Of a stretch of DNA of 62,782 nt, positions 62,565-62,782 are shown one piece after another. Below the pieces are notes generated by a model. That model was not told where the DNA came from. It did not search any database and worked only from the letters and a program-made list of their open reading frames with translations. Both the position numbers and the translations under genes were made by a program. Source of the stretch: Chiloscyllium plagiosum (lineage: Eukaryota); contig NC_057720.1 in the NCBI RefSeq assembly GCF_004010195.1, positions 25,769,159 through 25,831,940 on the forward strand, in the 5' to 3' direction. Position 1 is the stretch's first letter. Each line of letters begins with the position of its first letter.

Positions 62565-62782
62565 TTATGTTCCTTTATTCATTCACAGGATGAAGGTGTC
62601 GCTGGCCCGGCAGCATTTACTGCCCATCCCTAATTGCCTAGAGGGCAGGTAAGAGTCAACCACATTGCTGTGAGTCTGAAGTCACAATGTTGGCCAGACC
62701 AGGTAAGGATGGCAGCTTCCTTCCTGAAAGGGCATTAGTGAACCAGATGGTTTTTTCTGACAATCGATTAATGGTCATCATT
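62565..62782 (-). mobile_element. tRNA-SINE with family-B tail (runs off the window)
   Basis: gcatttactgcccatccctaattg, taagagtcaaccacattgctg and gtgaaccagatgg are reverse complements of 13407-13700. Confidence 0.8.

Noticed and set aside
1..62782. Novel multi-gene or prokaryote-style system (CRISPR array, operon, defence island)
   Set aside because: No regularly spaced repeat-spacer array and no long ORFs. The longest ORFs are under 190 aa and map to retroelements or their antisense strands.

Overview
Vertebrate non-coding DNA, almost certainly from a cartilaginous fish (shark). This rests on eight HE1-type V-SINE copies plus CR1/HER1-type LINEs. No intact host protein-coding gene, RNA gene or CRISPR array can be supported. 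A large part of the window is decayed, heavily nested retroelements: CR1 LINEs (ORF1 zinc-finger/SGNH esterase, APE endonuclease, RT), a second CR1/L2-group LINE ('family B') and a tRNA-SINE sharing its 3' tail, L2 and Deu-domain-like SINE relics, an RTE relic, a solo LTR, an L1-clade element and at least two families of Penelope-like elements (PLEs, GIY-YIG). Most notable: (1) a TSD-flanked, poly(A)-tailed L1-clade element showing ORF1 but no ORF2 (half-L1-like; it contains a 113-N gap); (2) several minimal hammerhead-ribozyme motifs in PLE terminal repeats, including fold-back copies, a roughly 90-bp TSD-flanked insertion and one motif split by a SINE; (3) a 108-bp near-perfect palindrome; (4) a both-ends-intact CR1 lacking RT; (5) two local tandem duplications; (6) a C2H2 zinc-finger gene relic. 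Element boundaries were read by eye and are approximate unless stated. Family names come from recognition of motifs, not from a database search. Assembly gaps: 22762-23261, 45946-46058, 61765-61777.
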